From an uncultured Candidatus Saccharibacteria bacterium (GTDB lineage: Bacteria > Patescibacteriota > UBA1384 > CAYJQE01), in the NCBI GenBank assembly GCA_964372245.1, contig CAYJQE010000003.1:1-60578 (forward strand): a stretch of DNA of 60,578 nucleotides, in the 5' to 3' direction. Positions within the stretch are counted from its first letter, which is position 1; each line of letters starts with the position of its first letter. Positions 1-9,898 of the stretch are shown piece after piece. Both the position numbers and the translations under genes were made by a program. Below the pieces are notes generated by a model that saw nothing but the letters and a program-made list of their open reading frames with translations, searched no databases and was not told the DNA's origin.

Positions 1-71
1 CCTTTTTGGTTCCCTTTTTGGTTGCGCTTTGGAGGATTGAGAGCTAGATTCCGATTATCCGACCTAAAGGG

Positions 72-1115
72 GTGATTAACTTGAAAGTCAATTTTTTGCT
101 CTGGGGGATGGTGATAATCATCATTCTCGTCATCTTCGGGATCATCTACTATCTGATCGAACCTTCAAATCCCGGCTTGCTGACTTCGTTAGCCGGTCTC
201 GTCCTGCTGGCCACCTTCCCTTTCTGCCTTGAACCGGCCTCGAAGGCCGAGCTGAACACCCTGACGGCGCGAATCAATGGATTGAAACAGAGCGTTGATT
301 CACTTTCTCAATCGCATGAAGCGCAAAAATCGGCGCTGGTTGAAGCGGCCAGGGAAGCGATTGTCAAGGTTTTGACGACTGTCAGTCCGGCGCTTGGCAA
401 GCTGGCGGATCAAGGCCTCTCCAACCAGCCGCTTGACAAAATTGATCAACAATTAGCCCGAATCGCAAACGATCTAGAAAAAGTTCTTGCTTTAATAGCT
501 GACCGGCCAACTTTGGAGGCAATCAACCTGGACGCGACCGGCCGAACTGCCCTTCAGGCCCAACAGATCAGAAATCAGATCGTGGAGACGCTAAGAGTTC
601 ATTCAGCCTTAGATGCAGCCACCAGCGAACAAGTCAGCAAGACCGTTCGCAGAGCCGAGGAGATCCTGGCCGAGGTTTCGGAGGGGATCAGACCGGTTTC
701 GCAAATTGGGCTAGCAGTGAAAGAGACCAAACAATCCGCGAGATTGATCGTTGAGGCGATCAAGCTTTTGAGACTAATCCCGACAAGAGAGGAGCTGGCC
801 TCAATTATCGCTCAAAGCCCAGCCTCGATTGACGGAAGAGAAGATGAGCAATTTGAAAGGCTGGGAGAAGCTATCGCGGCGAAACTAACGGAGCGATTTG
901 AGAAGCTCATAGCCGATTCTGGCGTCGAAAAAATAACCGGCGAGATTAGCCGGTTACTCGATTCCCAGCTAAAAGAGGTCGGATCGACGGTCCAATCGCA
1001 TCTCTTGGCCGACAGACAGGCGCGAGCAATAGAGTTTGGCCTTGTCCTCCACCTCTTGTCCGCTCTCTTGAGACTCGTTGAAGAGATTCACGAGGCTCTC
1101 TATGTCAAACCCTGA
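72..1115 (+). CDS. Hypothetical membrane-anchored helical/coiled-coil protein
   Basis: 347-aa ORF with two hydrophobic N-terminal segments and a long heptad-rich helical body; no recognisable motif. Confidence 0.7.
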   Translation: MINLKVNFLLWGMVIIIILVIFGIIYYLIEPSNPGLLTSLAGLVLLATFPFCLEPASKAELNTLTARINGLKQSVDSLSQSHEAQKSALVEAAREAIVKVLTTVSPALGKLADQGLSNQPLDKIDQQLARIANDLEKVLALIADRPTLEAINLDATGRTALQAQQIRNQIVETLRVHSALDAATSEQVSKTVRRAEEILAEVSEGIRPVSQIGLAVKETKQSARLIVEAIKLLRLIPTREELASIIAQSPASIDGREDEQFERLGEAIAAKLTERFEKLIADSGVEKITGEISRLLDSQLKEVGSTVQSHLLADRQARAIEFGLVLHLLSALLRLVEEIHEALYVKP

Positions 1116-1137
1116 TGGGAAGAAACGCAAAGGCCGC

Positions 1138-2286
1138 CTAACTTTGGGCGGCCTTGTTCGTTTCTTCTCTCAAAGCTTCAATCAGGCGATAATAATATCT
1201 TAAGTTGTGAGCCGAGAGGAGCCGAACCGAGAGTGGATCATTTTCTTTTAGGAGCTGATGAAGCCAGGCTCTGGTGTAGCCGAGAGAGCAGGCAATACAA
1301 TCGCAATCCGGAGACAAGAGATCTCGAGAAGTAGTATATACTAATTTTTTGAGATCAATTTTTTCGAACCGGCCGGCCGCGATGTTAAAAATAGTATATA
1401 CTATTCCGTGCCGAGCCAATCGTGTTGGCAGAACGCAGTCAAAGAGATCAACTCCTAAATTGACAGCCATCGCGAGATCGTCCGGCTCGCCAATCCCCAT
1501 GACATAACAGAGCTTTTCCGGCGGCAGACAGCTTTTTGACCAAGCGATCTGCGCCGCCATTTCGGTCTTTGACTCGCCGACCGAAACGCCACCAATCGCG
1601 TTGCCGGGCGCGTCAAGTTCGGCCAAGACTTTGGCGCTCTCTTCTCTCAAGTCTTTTTCCGTTCCGCCTTGAACTATCGGGAAGGCGGCCTGTTTGTCAG
1701 CCCTGGACTCTTTTTGATGATAGTATATACTAGTTTTTGCCCAATCGTGGGTCTTTTCGAGTGCCGCTTTCAACTCTCCCCGGCTGGATTTGTAAGGGGC
1801 GCAAACATCAAGGACCATGGCGATATCGGAGCGAAGCTGCCACTCGATATCAAGAACCTTTTCCGGCGTAAAGCGATGTTTCGATCCATCGAGATGAGAA
1901 TAAAAAGTGATACCTTGCTGATCAATCTCCGGTCGTCTGACCAAATGAGGTCCCGAAAAGGCCTCGCCTCGCCGATGACGACCAAGCGAGAAGGCTTGAA
2001 AACCGCCCGAGTCGGTTAAGATCGGGCCTGTGTATCCGATCAGGGAGTGGAGCCCGCCCAGCCGAGCAATGTTTTCAGCCCCCGGCCGAAGATAGAGGTG
2101 ATAAGCGTTGGCAAGAATTATTTCCCCTCCAAGATCGGTAACCTCTCCCGGCAGCAATCCTTTCACGGCTCCGACGGTCGCGACGGCCATAAAAGCCGGA
2201 GTTTTAATCTCGCCGTGAGGCGTCTTGAAAACTCCGACTCGGGCCGCTGTCTTCTTTGATCGGGCTTTGATCTCAAATTCAAACAT
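1138..2286 (-). CDS. tgt: tRNA-guanine transglycosylase (queuine tRNA-ribosyltransferase)
   Basis: TPHGEIKTPAFM, NAYHL, TDSGGFQ, GIVQGG-like and MGIG motifs; C-x-C-x2-C...H zinc site. Confidence 0.97.
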   Translation of the reverse strand: MFEFEIKARSKKTAARVGVFKTPHGEIKTPAFMAVATVGAVKGLLPGEVTDLGGEIILANAYHLYLRPGAENIARLGGLHSLIGYTGPILTDSGGFQAFSLGRHRRGEAFSGPHLVRRPEIDQQGITFYSHLDGSKHRFTPEKVLDIEWQLRSDIAMVLDVCAPYKSSRGELKAALEKTHDWAKTSIYYHQKESRADKQAAFPIVQGGTEKDLREESAKVLAELDAPGNAIGGVSVGESKTEMAAQIAWSKSCLPPEKLCYVMGIGEPDDLAMAVNLGVDLFDCVLPTRLARHGIVYTIFNIAAGRFEKIDLKKLVYTTSRDLLSPDCDCIACSLGYTRAWLHQLLKENDPLSVRLLSAHNLRYYYRLIEALREETNKAAQS

Positions 2287-2307
2287 TCAAATCCCGAAAA
2301 AGGGGAA

Positions 2308-2328
2308 AAAGGGGTCAGGAGCCTTTTT
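2308..2328 (+). repeat. Short interspersed repeat AAAGGGGTCAGGAGCCTTTTT, copy 1 of 3
   Basis: Identical 21-nt core found in reverse complement at 27764-27784 and 41609-41629. Confidence 0.7.
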
Positions 2329-2542
2329 CGCGCCCCGAATTAAAGGCCACAGAAGCCAACTTTTGCGGGCCATTTGAGCGCTATATTTCACAACCTTCTC
2401 CCAAAAGCCTGTCTCGCACAACCCGCTCGGACCAAATTTTGTCCGGCTGTGCTTTTCAGGCTTTTCGTTTGATCTCGAAAAACTGAAATCCTCCGTCCCT
2501 TTTTTCTTATCCTTGCTCGTTGCTGGTTCTTTTCTCTCTCGA

Positions 2543-3451
2543 TCAACCGGTGAGAAGTTTCACCGCCAGATAGTCGCCGACATCGGCTAATTCCCGCGTT
2601 CGGTCCGGCTCCTCTTTTTGATCAAAACCAAAGAGCATTTTTTTTCTGATCCGGGCGATTGAATTGGTCATCAAGCTCCGATCAAGGGCGGCTTTGGCGG
2701 CCCTGGCGCTCAAGACTTCAACCGAGAGGTCGCTCAAAAGCCCGACCTGTTCATAAATCTCCGAGAGGCTGGCCTCGTAGACGCCAAAACCAACCGTCTC
2801 TTGCTCCTCGAAAGCTCTAGCGGTTAAGGGCGCGCCGGCGATTATGGCCGCCCCGAGAAGACCAGAGCCCTTGCCGATCGCCCGCCAGAGCCGATCTTTC
2901 AGGCCATAAGCGAGATTTGTCGTAGCCGCTCGAGCCGATCGGTTTTGCCGATCGGCTAGCCCGAAAACAATCGTCCGTTGATTCTCCCTTTTGGCCTCGA
3001 GAACAGAAAGGTCGCGCGAGCGCGAGAGGCTTTCCAAAATTTCCGAAGGCGGAAATAAAGGTAGGGCTCGGAGCCGGTCGCCCGGCCAGAGGTTTAATTC
3101 TCGGTCGAAAAATTCGGCTAACTGAATCAGCAGACGTCGGGGGATATGACCCTCGAAAACCTCGGCCATCAGAAGGCCATATTCACCATCGGCTCGAATC
3201 GCCCTTTTAATAAAAAGACTCTCTTTTTTTTGCCACTGGGGGAGCCCGGGAAAGCGTTTTTTTGCTCGGTGATGGTGAAAACCGATCTGAACCAGTCCCA
3301 ATCTGCCTTCTCGAGCGAAGAATCGCTTCAAAATCGCCAGTCGGCCATTGAGACGAGAGGCGGCCAGAATTTCAGCTTGACCGGCCAAGCGCGCGATCGC
3401 GAAGCGGCCAATCGTCTCCGGGTCCTCTTGTTCCCGACTTAAAATCATCAA
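2543..3451 (-). CDS. Hypothetical protein
   Basis: 302-aa ORF whose start overlaps the stop of the upstream DUF5663-like gene (ATGA), suggesting translational coupling. Confidence 0.6.
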   Translation of the reverse strand: MMILSREQEDPETIGRFAIARLAGQAEILAASRLNGRLAILKRFFAREGRLGLVQIGFHHHRAKKRFPGLPQWQKKESLFIKRAIRADGEYGLLMAEVFEGHIPRRLLIQLAEFFDRELNLWPGDRLRALPLFPPSEILESLSRSRDLSVLEAKRENQRTIVFGLADRQNRSARAATTNLAYGLKDRLWRAIGKGSGLLGAAIIAGAPLTARAFEEQETVGFGVYEASLSEIYEQVGLLSDLSVEVLSARAAKAALDRSLMTNSIARIRKKMLFGFDQKEEPDRTRELADVGDYLAVKLLTG

Positions 3452-3786
3452 TAAGCTCCCTCGGACTCAAAAGGCGAGAGGTGATTTATGATATCGGCTT
3501 TGACCAGCAAGGCCTCCTGGAGAACAAGGTCGGCGACGTCTATTGCCTCCGACTTCAAAAAAGCTCGGATCTCCTCATCATTGGCCGTATCTAAAAGCCG
3601 GAAAAAACACTCTTTTTTTTCCGGTGTCAGAGAATTGTCAATTCTCGCGAAAACTCGATGCCGAACCGTGTCCAGAATTCGCTCAAAAATCTCCTCTTTG
3701 TCATCAGCTCGAAGATCATTAATTGACAAAAGATCAAACAAATTCTCCTCGACCAGAGTCTTGGGATCTAGATGCCTAAAATCCAA
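3448..3786 (-). CDS. DUF5663-like small helical protein typical of CPR
   Basis: NLFDLLSINDL...EEIFERILDTVRHRVFARI...LTPEKKECFFRLL pattern; TTG start at 3786 follows an AAGGAGG SD, preferred over 3840. Confidence 0.72.
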   Translation of the reverse strand: MDFRHLDPKTLVEENLFDLLSINDLRADDKEEIFERILDTVRHRVFARIDNSLTPEKKECFFRLLDTANDEEIRAFLKSEAIDVADLVLQEALLVKADIINHLSPFESEGAY

Positions 3787-3833
3787 ACAGCCTCCTTGCT
3801 TTGATTTTTTTATTATCTCAATCAAAACCAGGC

Positions 3834-3862
3834 TTGACAAGAGAGGGCGTTTCTTCTATGAT
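3834..3862 (+). promoter_or_regulatory. Sigma70-type promoter TTGACA-17-TATGAT
   Basis: -35 at 3834-3839, -10 at 3857-3862, upstream of AGAGGTG SD and ATG 3918/3927. Confidence 0.8.
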
Positions 3863-3917
3863 TTGTTCGGACAATCGGGCTCCCAAAAGGACCCGATCGA
3901 AAAATTTGAAAGAGGTG

Positions 3918-5156
3918 ATGAAGAAGATGGTGACACTGGGAAGGGCCGACTGGTTAATGGCCGGTTGCGAGAGCCTGCCCAAGCACCCGGCTATCCTAAA
4001 GCTTGAGCGGGACGAGGCGACGATCCAGAATTTGGCGCCGCTGATGGTCAGGCGGGCGGCGGTCTTCGACCCGGAGGGGGGGTGGTTTGGGGCTAATATC
4101 CCCAAAAATCTGATGGCCCGGGCGAAAAATTATTTCCAGGTTGTCGCCTTTTGCTCTGACGGAAAAGGCGGACAATTGGAGATAAGTTCAGGCGTAAAAC
4201 CGGAACTGGTCAAGGTTTACTGCGAGGAGAAGTTCGAGCTTGAGCCGGGGCAGCTCGTTGATTTCCCCAGCGGCGAGGGCCTGCTGCTTGTCGCATTCGT
4301 AGGCGATTACGCCAAGGACTTTCGGGTTTGGTTAAGGATTGTCCAGCCCGGAGTCGGCGACGACCTAACAGCCGCCGTCACGGAGTGGGTCAGTCGGCAG
4401 GTCAAAACGCGGGGCCTGCCAGATTGGGTCAACCACGTTGACTCGGCTTTCGTTGACAATCGCCTTCATCGTTTAGTCCGCGAGGCGCGATGCGTCACCT
4501 CGACAAGGCGGTTGATATACGAGGCCGGTTTGTCTAGAAGTAAGGGACGACCTCCGGAGGCGGTTTTCGAGCCGCTGCGGGTATATGTCTCCGGAAAAAC
4601 CGATGGAGGTGCCCAAGAGTTAGCTCGGGATGACATCGAAAAATTCCGCCGGGCGGTCACGGAGATCAAGGACCTGGCCGAATTCACGATGGAGGGCGAC
4701 ACGGCCAATGCCGCATTGGCGCTTTACGCCTGCCAGCTCATCGGCGGCCGGACTACTCTGGCTGACATTCAAGAAAAGTTGGCGGGCCGGGTTCAAGCTC
4801 TGGCGCCAAAGCAATCGGCAGGCGAAGAGAGGACCGGGAGCCTAGCGGTTGCTCGTAAAGAGCTCTCCCAGTTTTTGGGAATTGAGACCCACAGGGTTCT
4901 CAATAATCAATTGGTTAAAGAGCTCATTCAAGAAAAGCCGACAGATGCCGTCGGCTGGCTCGAAAAAATTTTACTGAGAGAGGCCGAGCGGGTAATTCCG
5001 ATCGCTCGTAAACTGGGCAACAAGAAGTACCGCCGGCTTGGCGAAAAAACGGGCAAGCTTAGATCGGCCGTCGTAAGACTGGTCGCGACCGGATTTCTCA
5101 ACGACACGGATTTGTCCCAATGGGTCAAGACCGAGGTCGAAGAGGGGAGACTCTAG
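3918..5156 (+). CDS. Hypothetical protein (orphan)
   Basis: Long ORF; start moved from 3801 to 3918 (or 3927) because a consensus promoter and SD lie inside the longer ORF. Confidence 0.75.
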   Translation: MKKMVTLGRADWLMAGCESLPKHPAILKLERDEATIQNLAPLMVRRAAVFDPEGGWFGANIPKNLMARAKNYFQVVAFCSDGKGGQLEISSGVKPELVKVYCEEKFELEPGQLVDFPSGEGLLLVAFVGDYAKDFRVWLRIVQPGVGDDLTAAVTEWVSRQVKTRGLPDWVNHVDSAFVDNRLHRLVREARCVTSTRRLIYEAGLSRSKGRPPEAVFEPLRVYVSGKTDGGAQELARDDIEKFRRAVTEIKDLAEFTMEGDTANAALALYACQLIGGRTTLADIQEKLAGRVQALAPKQSAGEERTGSLAVARKELSQFLGIETHRVLNNQLVKELIQEKPTDAVGWLEKILLREAERVIPIARKLGNKKYRRLGEKTGKLRSAVVRLVATGFLNDTDLSQWVKTEVEEGRL

Positions 5157-5171
5157 AGAGGAGTGAGAAGA

Positions 5172-6365
5172 ATGAAGAGGGAGAAGGAAAAGCGGTTCAA
5201 TCCGCTCGTGGCAAAAGAGCTCCTCGAGGCTTACCGGCTTAAATGCCTGGATGGGGCTCAAAGGGTAGTGTTTCAATCAAGGGGGTTGAGACACGCCCAA
5301 GAGGCGGTTTCAGCCAATCTTGGTTGGGGTTTTTTCGCCCTGCCGGCCTCGGTTCGGTATAATTTTCCGGTCGGGCAGGATGTCGTCGTCCGGTTGGACT
5401 GGAGCCAGAAGCTTGGCTGCTTTCTCGCTCATCCGACGGGAGAAGATGTCGGCCAGTTCTTGAAAACAGGGGCGATTTTAGTAGAAACTCGCCTTAGATC
5501 AAGAGAGGTGCTGACGAGGAGCGGCAGGCGGCGGGTCCAGCACACGGCCGTTCACCCGTCGGGCAAGATTATCGTGGTTGACGGACAACCACCCGAGGGC
5601 GAGGTTTTTTTGATCGAGTGCAAAGAGCTGCCCGGCCAGACGTTCCTCAAGGGACGATTCCTGGTAAAGCGAGAAAAGAGCGAGGAGGGGACCGTGATCG
5701 GGGTGGTGGCGACCGAGGAGGCGGTCGAAGAGATCGAAGGGCCGCCCAAACTCGACCACGAAGAGCTCGCGGTTGAATTCCTCAGTAGCCCCCAGAGATT
5801 AGTCTACGGCGGGAAACGGCTTACACCTTACGAGATCTTGGATGTAAACCGATACGCCTCGCGGGTTGAGATCAAAAAGGCCTATCGCGCGAGGGCGGTT
5901 AGTCTTGGGGAGGGCCATCCAGATCTAGTGAGCTTAAATCTGGCCAGAGAGTACGCTATGGTTGTACACCAGGTCGTGGCCGGGGACATGGTAGAACTCG
6001 GCCAGATTATCAGGGAAAAGCTCGCGCTTCCGAGCGGGTTGTCGCCAGGCGAGGGGACCCCTGGGGCTGTTCGGGAGGCGATGCCTAAAGCGCCGCCGCC
6101 GGAGCAACCCCCCGCGCAGGGGAAAAAAGACAAGATCGCCGTTAGGCGGAAGGAAGGCACCAGGCTAAGGGCCGAGGATTTTCGGGGCAAAATGTTCGGC
6201 CGATCGGTCAATTCGGTCCTTACGCAACTGGCGGCCGCCGGGGTCAAGGATTACGGCTCGCTGGCCAACCAGAAACCCGCCAGTCTGGTTGGCGGCTCGC
6301 TTAACCTGACTCGGGCAAAAGCTTATGTCGAGCGAGCCAAGGCCCTCCTCGCGGGAATCGGGTAA
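5172..6365 (+). CDS. Multidomain protein with TRAM-like beta domain(s), non-canonical J-domain and C-terminal HhH-like module
   Basis: TPYEILDVNRYASRVEIKKAYR...HPD J-domain signature; HPSGKIIVVDGQPPEGEVFLIE TRAM-like segment; LAAAGVKDYGSLA...AKAYVERAKALL HhH-like tail; GAGGAG SD favours ATG 5172 over GTG 5163. Confidence 0.7.
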   Translation: MKREKEKRFNPLVAKELLEAYRLKCLDGAQRVVFQSRGLRHAQEAVSANLGWGFFALPASVRYNFPVGQDVVVRLDWSQKLGCFLAHPTGEDVGQFLKTGAILVETRLRSREVLTRSGRRRVQHTAVHPSGKIIVVDGQPPEGEVFLIECKELPGQTFLKGRFLVKREKSEEGTVIGVVATEEAVEEIEGPPKLDHEELAVEFLSSPQRLVYGGKRLTPYEILDVNRYASRVEIKKAYRARAVSLGEGHPDLVSLNLAREYAMVVHQVVAGDMVELGQIIREKLALPSGLSPGEGTPGAVREAMPKAPPPEQPPAQGKKDKIAVRRKEGTRLRAEDFRGKMFGRSVNSVLTQLAAAGVKDYGSLANQKPASLVGGSLNLTRAKAYVERAKALLAGIG

Positions 6366-6386
6366 GAAATGGGGCGAGAAACAATG

Positions 6387-6418
6387 CCCCCGAGATCAGG
6401 ATGATCTCGGGGGTTTCT
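6387..6418 (+). terminator. Intrinsic terminator
   Basis: 12-bp perfect stem CCCCCGAGATCA-GGA-TGATCTCGGGGG followed by TTTCT, 21 nt after the stop. Confidence 0.75.
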
Positions 6419-6465
6419 CATAGCCTTTGGATTGAAAATTAGCTAATCTTGATTGAGAAGGGAAT

Positions 6466-6792
6466 ATGATCGAGAGAAAACAAACCGAAGAGAATGGGGG
6501 AGCGAGGGATCGAGAACCGGACATAAGATCAGAGACGGCGCCTCTCTCGCCGGCTCAAGAGCCGGTCATTCGCCAGGCTCCGGAGGAGCCTTTAGATCCG
6601 AACAGACCGAATGGCCAAAATGGTCAAAATGTCCCGCCGCTTCAGCCAAAAGAAACTCCCACTAAAACCGCCGGCGCGCGCAGCCTTTTACCAAGCGAAA
6701 TTGATGAGTTGATGGCTGTTATCAAGAATTCAAACGAGAATAACTTTAGAGATCTCGATCGGAAACTTTTACGACTCCGGGAAGGTAAATAA
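6466..6792 (+). CDS. Hypothetical Pro/Glu-rich protein
   Basis: 108-aa ORF after AAGGG SD; stop overlaps the next start (TAATG). Confidence 0.6.
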   Translation: MIERKQTEENGGARDREPDIRSETAPLSPAQEPVIRQAPEEPLDPNRPNGQNGQNVPPLQPKETPTKTAGARSLLPSEIDELMAVIKNSNENNFRDLDRKLLRLREGK

Positions 6793-9284
6793 TGTTTGAA
6801 AGTCCAGTCCTTTTCCTCTTTTGGTCCTTTTTGATAGTTCTGGTTTTAGGTTCGATCGCTCTTGCCGGTTATCTTTTTTATATTAAAAAGCTCTCGCTCA
6901 AAGAGGCGATTAAGCGTTCAGTCGAGCTCGAGTTTTTGCTGGTGACTTTGCCGAGAGCTTCGGGCGAAGAGCAACTGCCGCCCTTCGCCGAGATGGTGGC
7001 GACGATGGAGCCGGTCGTTTCAACGATTGATTCTTTTTACAAAAAGGGCTTCTGGCCTAAAACTCTCGGCCAGAAAGAGCTGATCTTTGAGATCGCGACC
7101 CGCCAGAACGAAGTCTTTTTTTATGTCGGTCTGCCAAGAAGTTTGAGCGGCCTGTTTGAGCGTCAGATCCAAGCCCATTATCCCGAGTCGGAGATAGAGC
7201 CGGTTTTAGATTACTCAATTTTGCCGTCCGAGGGCGAGATCTTTTATTCAGCGGCCGAGCTGAAACTCTCAAAATCCTTTGTTTTCCCGATCAGAACTTA
7301 TAAATCGCTTGAATCCGACCCGCTCTCCGGCATCGTCGAGGCTCTGGCCAAAGTCGGCAACCGGGGAACGGCGGTGTTTCAGGTGGTCGTCCGACCGCTT
7401 GACCAGAGCTGGCGACAATCGGTTGAAGAGGCGGCGAAAAAAATTCAGGAAGACGGAAAACTCGACGAGCCAAAAGCCTTCTTAAAAGCGGCGACTCGAG
7501 GCGCCGCCGGTCTGGCTCGCGACGTTGTCAAAGGGGCGGTTTCCAGCGGCAAAGGCGCTGGCGATCAGCCGAAAACCGAGTCCTCGCGGCTCAACCCGCT
7601 CCAGGAGTCTCAACTCAAACTCCTTGAAGAAAAATCGGCCAAAATTGGTTCTGAGGCCAACTTTCGAGTGGTGACAACGGCGACCAGTCAAACCGAAGCC
7701 GAGATCGAATTGAACAACATCTTAGCCGCCTTCGCGCCGTTTCAACTTTCGGGCGGCAACGGGTTTTCAGTCGTTAAAAAAGACCAAAAAGCGATTATGA
7801 CCGACTACATTACCCGCCGATTTGAACCAAAGTCTCGCATGATCTTAAACATCGAGGAACTGGTTTCGGTCGTTCATTTTCCGACAAAATATATGACAAC
7901 CGCCGCCATTCGCTCGGTCCGGGCGAGATCTCTGCCGCCGCCAACCAACTTACCGGAAGAGGGGACGCTCCTTGGTATCAGCCTCTTCCAAAATCGGGAG
8001 CGATCGGTCAAACTCATGGCCGAAGATCGGCTGCGACATCTCTACATGATCGGCAAGACTGGCGTCGGGAAGACCGTCCTTTTCGAGAACATGATCTTGC
8101 AGGATGTGAAAGAGGGGAGAGGGGTCTGTTATATTGATCCGAACGGCGACGCGATTGAATTTCTGCTCGATCGGATCCCGAGCGATCGGCTGGGCGACGT
8201 CATTCTTTTTAACCCGTCCGACATTGAGCGGCCCTTTGGCCTCAATCTCCTCGAATACAGAGCCGACGAGGAACGAGACTTTTTGGTCCAAGAGGCGATC
8301 CAAATTTTCTACAAGCTCTTTGATCCCGGCCAAACCGGCATAATCGGACCGCAATTTGAGCACTGGTTTAGAAACGCCGCCCTAACGGTCATGAGTTTGC
8401 CAGAAGGCGGCTCGTTGATTGATATCCCGCGGCTCTTTATAGACAAAGACTTTGAACAGCAAGCGATCTTGCACATCAAGGATCCCGAGGTCAGAGCCTT
8501 CTGGGAAAAGCAGATGGCCCAGACAAGCGAGTATCACAAATCGGAGATGCTCAATTATTTCACCTCAAAGTTTGGTCGGTTTTTGACCAACGATATGATG
8601 CGAAATATCATTGGTCAAAGACAATCCTCATTTGACTTCAGAGCCGTTATGGACGAGCAAAAAATCCTCTTGATCAATCTCTCGAAAGGCTTGATCGGCG
8701 AGATCAACGCTCAACTTCTGGGCATGATCATCAACAGCAAACTGGCGATGGCCGCCTTTTCAAGACAGGATGTCGAAGAATCGGCGCGGCTTCCGTTTTA
8801 TCTCTACGTTGACGAGTTTCAGAACTTTGTTTCCGATGTTTTCGCGACCGTCCTTTCAGAGGCCAGAAAATATCGTCTTTCGCTCAACATTACGAACCAA
8901 TATATCGCCCAATTGCCCGAGGCGATCAGGGACGCGGTGATCGGCAATGCCGGGACGATGATCGCTTTCCGGATTGGAGCTTCAGACGCGGAGTTTCTGC
9001 AAAATGAGTTCCAACCGCTGACCGTTAACGATCTGGTTTCGATCGAGAAGTTTCAATTCTATTGCAAGCTTCTGATTAACAATACGCCTCAAAAACCGTT
9101 CAACGTTCGGGGTCTGCCGCCTTCTTCCGGAATTAACTCCGAGTTGAAACAGAGAATACTGGAGTTTTCAAGGATACAATACGGACGCGCGCGAAAAGAG
9201 GTTGACGAGGAGATTCGCGAACGGGCAAAGCTCGGTTCGTTAGCCGCCCCCGGTGTGGCAGAAGGGCCGATCAACCGAACTTGA
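6792..9284 (+). CDS. Membrane-anchored VirB4/VirD4(TraG)-like HerA-FtsK superfamily ATPase, paralog 1
   Basis: N-terminal TM helix; Walker A GKTGVGKT; IDPNGD; Walker B LYVDEFQNF; SEARKYRL...NQYIAQL. Confidence 0.88.
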   Translation: MFESPVLFLFWSFLIVLVLGSIALAGYLFYIKKLSLKEAIKRSVELEFLLVTLPRASGEEQLPPFAEMVATMEPVVSTIDSFYKKGFWPKTLGQKELIFEIATRQNEVFFYVGLPRSLSGLFERQIQAHYPESEIEPVLDYSILPSEGEIFYSAAELKLSKSFVFPIRTYKSLESDPLSGIVEALAKVGNRGTAVFQVVVRPLDQSWRQSVEEAAKKIQEDGKLDEPKAFLKAATRGAAGLARDVVKGAVSSGKGAGDQPKTESSRLNPLQESQLKLLEEKSAKIGSEANFRVVTTATSQTEAEIELNNILAAFAPFQLSGGNGFSVVKKDQKAIMTDYITRRFEPKSRMILNIEELVSVVHFPTKYMTTAAIRSVRARSLPPPTNLPEEGTLLGISLFQNRERSVKLMAEDRLRHLYMIGKTGVGKTVLFENMILQDVKEGRGVCYIDPNGDAIEFLLDRIPSDRLGDVILFNPSDIERPFGLNLLEYRADEERDFLVQEAIQIFYKLFDPGQTGIIGPQFEHWFRNAALTVMSLPEGGSLIDIPRLFIDKDFEQQAILHIKDPEVRAFWEKQMAQTSEYHKSEMLNYFTSKFGRFLTNDMMRNIIGQRQSSFDFRAVMDEQKILLINLSKGLIGEINAQLLGMIINSKLAMAAFSRQDVEESARLPFYLYVDEFQNFVSDVFATVLSEARKYRLSLNITNQYIAQLPEAIRDAVIGNAGTMIAFRIGASDAEFLQNEFQPLTVNDLVSIEKFQFYCKLLINNTPQKPFNVRGLPPSSGINSELKQRILEFSRIQYGRARKEVDEEIRERAKLGSLAAPGVAEGPINRT

Positions 9285-9346
9285 CAGAAAATCAATTATC
9301 GGCTATATTCGGCAAAACGGTGTTTAAATAAATAAAATAAAAAAAT

Positions 9347-9898
9347 ATGACGGACAAGGAACAGGCTCTAACCCAAAATGAAAACCAGAAGACTGGGGAA
9401 ACGATCGATCTGGCTCAAATCGGACAGCTCATAGATGTCGCTCAACGGCGGCTGCTTGAGGCGAAGCAGTTGATTCAGAGATACACTATCTCGGATCTTT
9501 TACCCAAGGAGAGCGCTCAATCCGAACGGATCATCGAGGGCATTTTCGACGGTCAGGCCATGATCTCAAAAAACGGCGATCTTTATCCGGTGCCACAAAA
9601 TTACGCTTCGAAATCAAAGCTGGTCGAAGGCGACCTCTTGAAGATGACAATTGCCGACAGCGGTCAGATTTTCTTCAAACAGATCGGGCCAATCGAGCGG
9701 CAGTCGGCCATTGGCCATGTTATAGAGGACGATGGTCGCTATCTGGTTATGGTTCGAGGCCGGGCCTATAACATCCTTAAAGCGTCGGTGACCTTTTGGC
9801 AGGTCGAGCCCGGAGACAAGCTGGCCGTTTTAATTCCGGCCGGCTCGTATCAGGCGACTTTCGCCGCCGTTGACTACAAAGTAGAAAGCGCGGACTAG
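9347..9898 (+). CDS. Conserved hypothetical protein (N-terminal helix plus two small beta domains)
   Basis: IIEGIFDGQAM...YPVPQNYASKSKLVEGDLLK...KQIGPIER pattern recalled from CPR proteins; stop overlaps the next GTG start. Confidence 0.75.
   Translation: MTDKEQALTQNENQKTGETIDLAQIGQLIDVAQRRLLEAKQLIQRYTISDLLPKESAQSERIIEGIFDGQAMISKNGDLYPVPQNYASKSKLVEGDLLKMTIADSGQIFFKQIGPIERQSAIGHVIEDDGRYLVMVRGRAYNILKASVTFWQVEPGDKLAVLIPAGSYQATFAAVDYKVESAD

Noticed and set aside
3801-3917. N-terminal extension of the 451-aa ORF
   Set aside because: It overlaps the divergent gene and contains a consensus promoter and SD; the start is better placed at 3918/3927.
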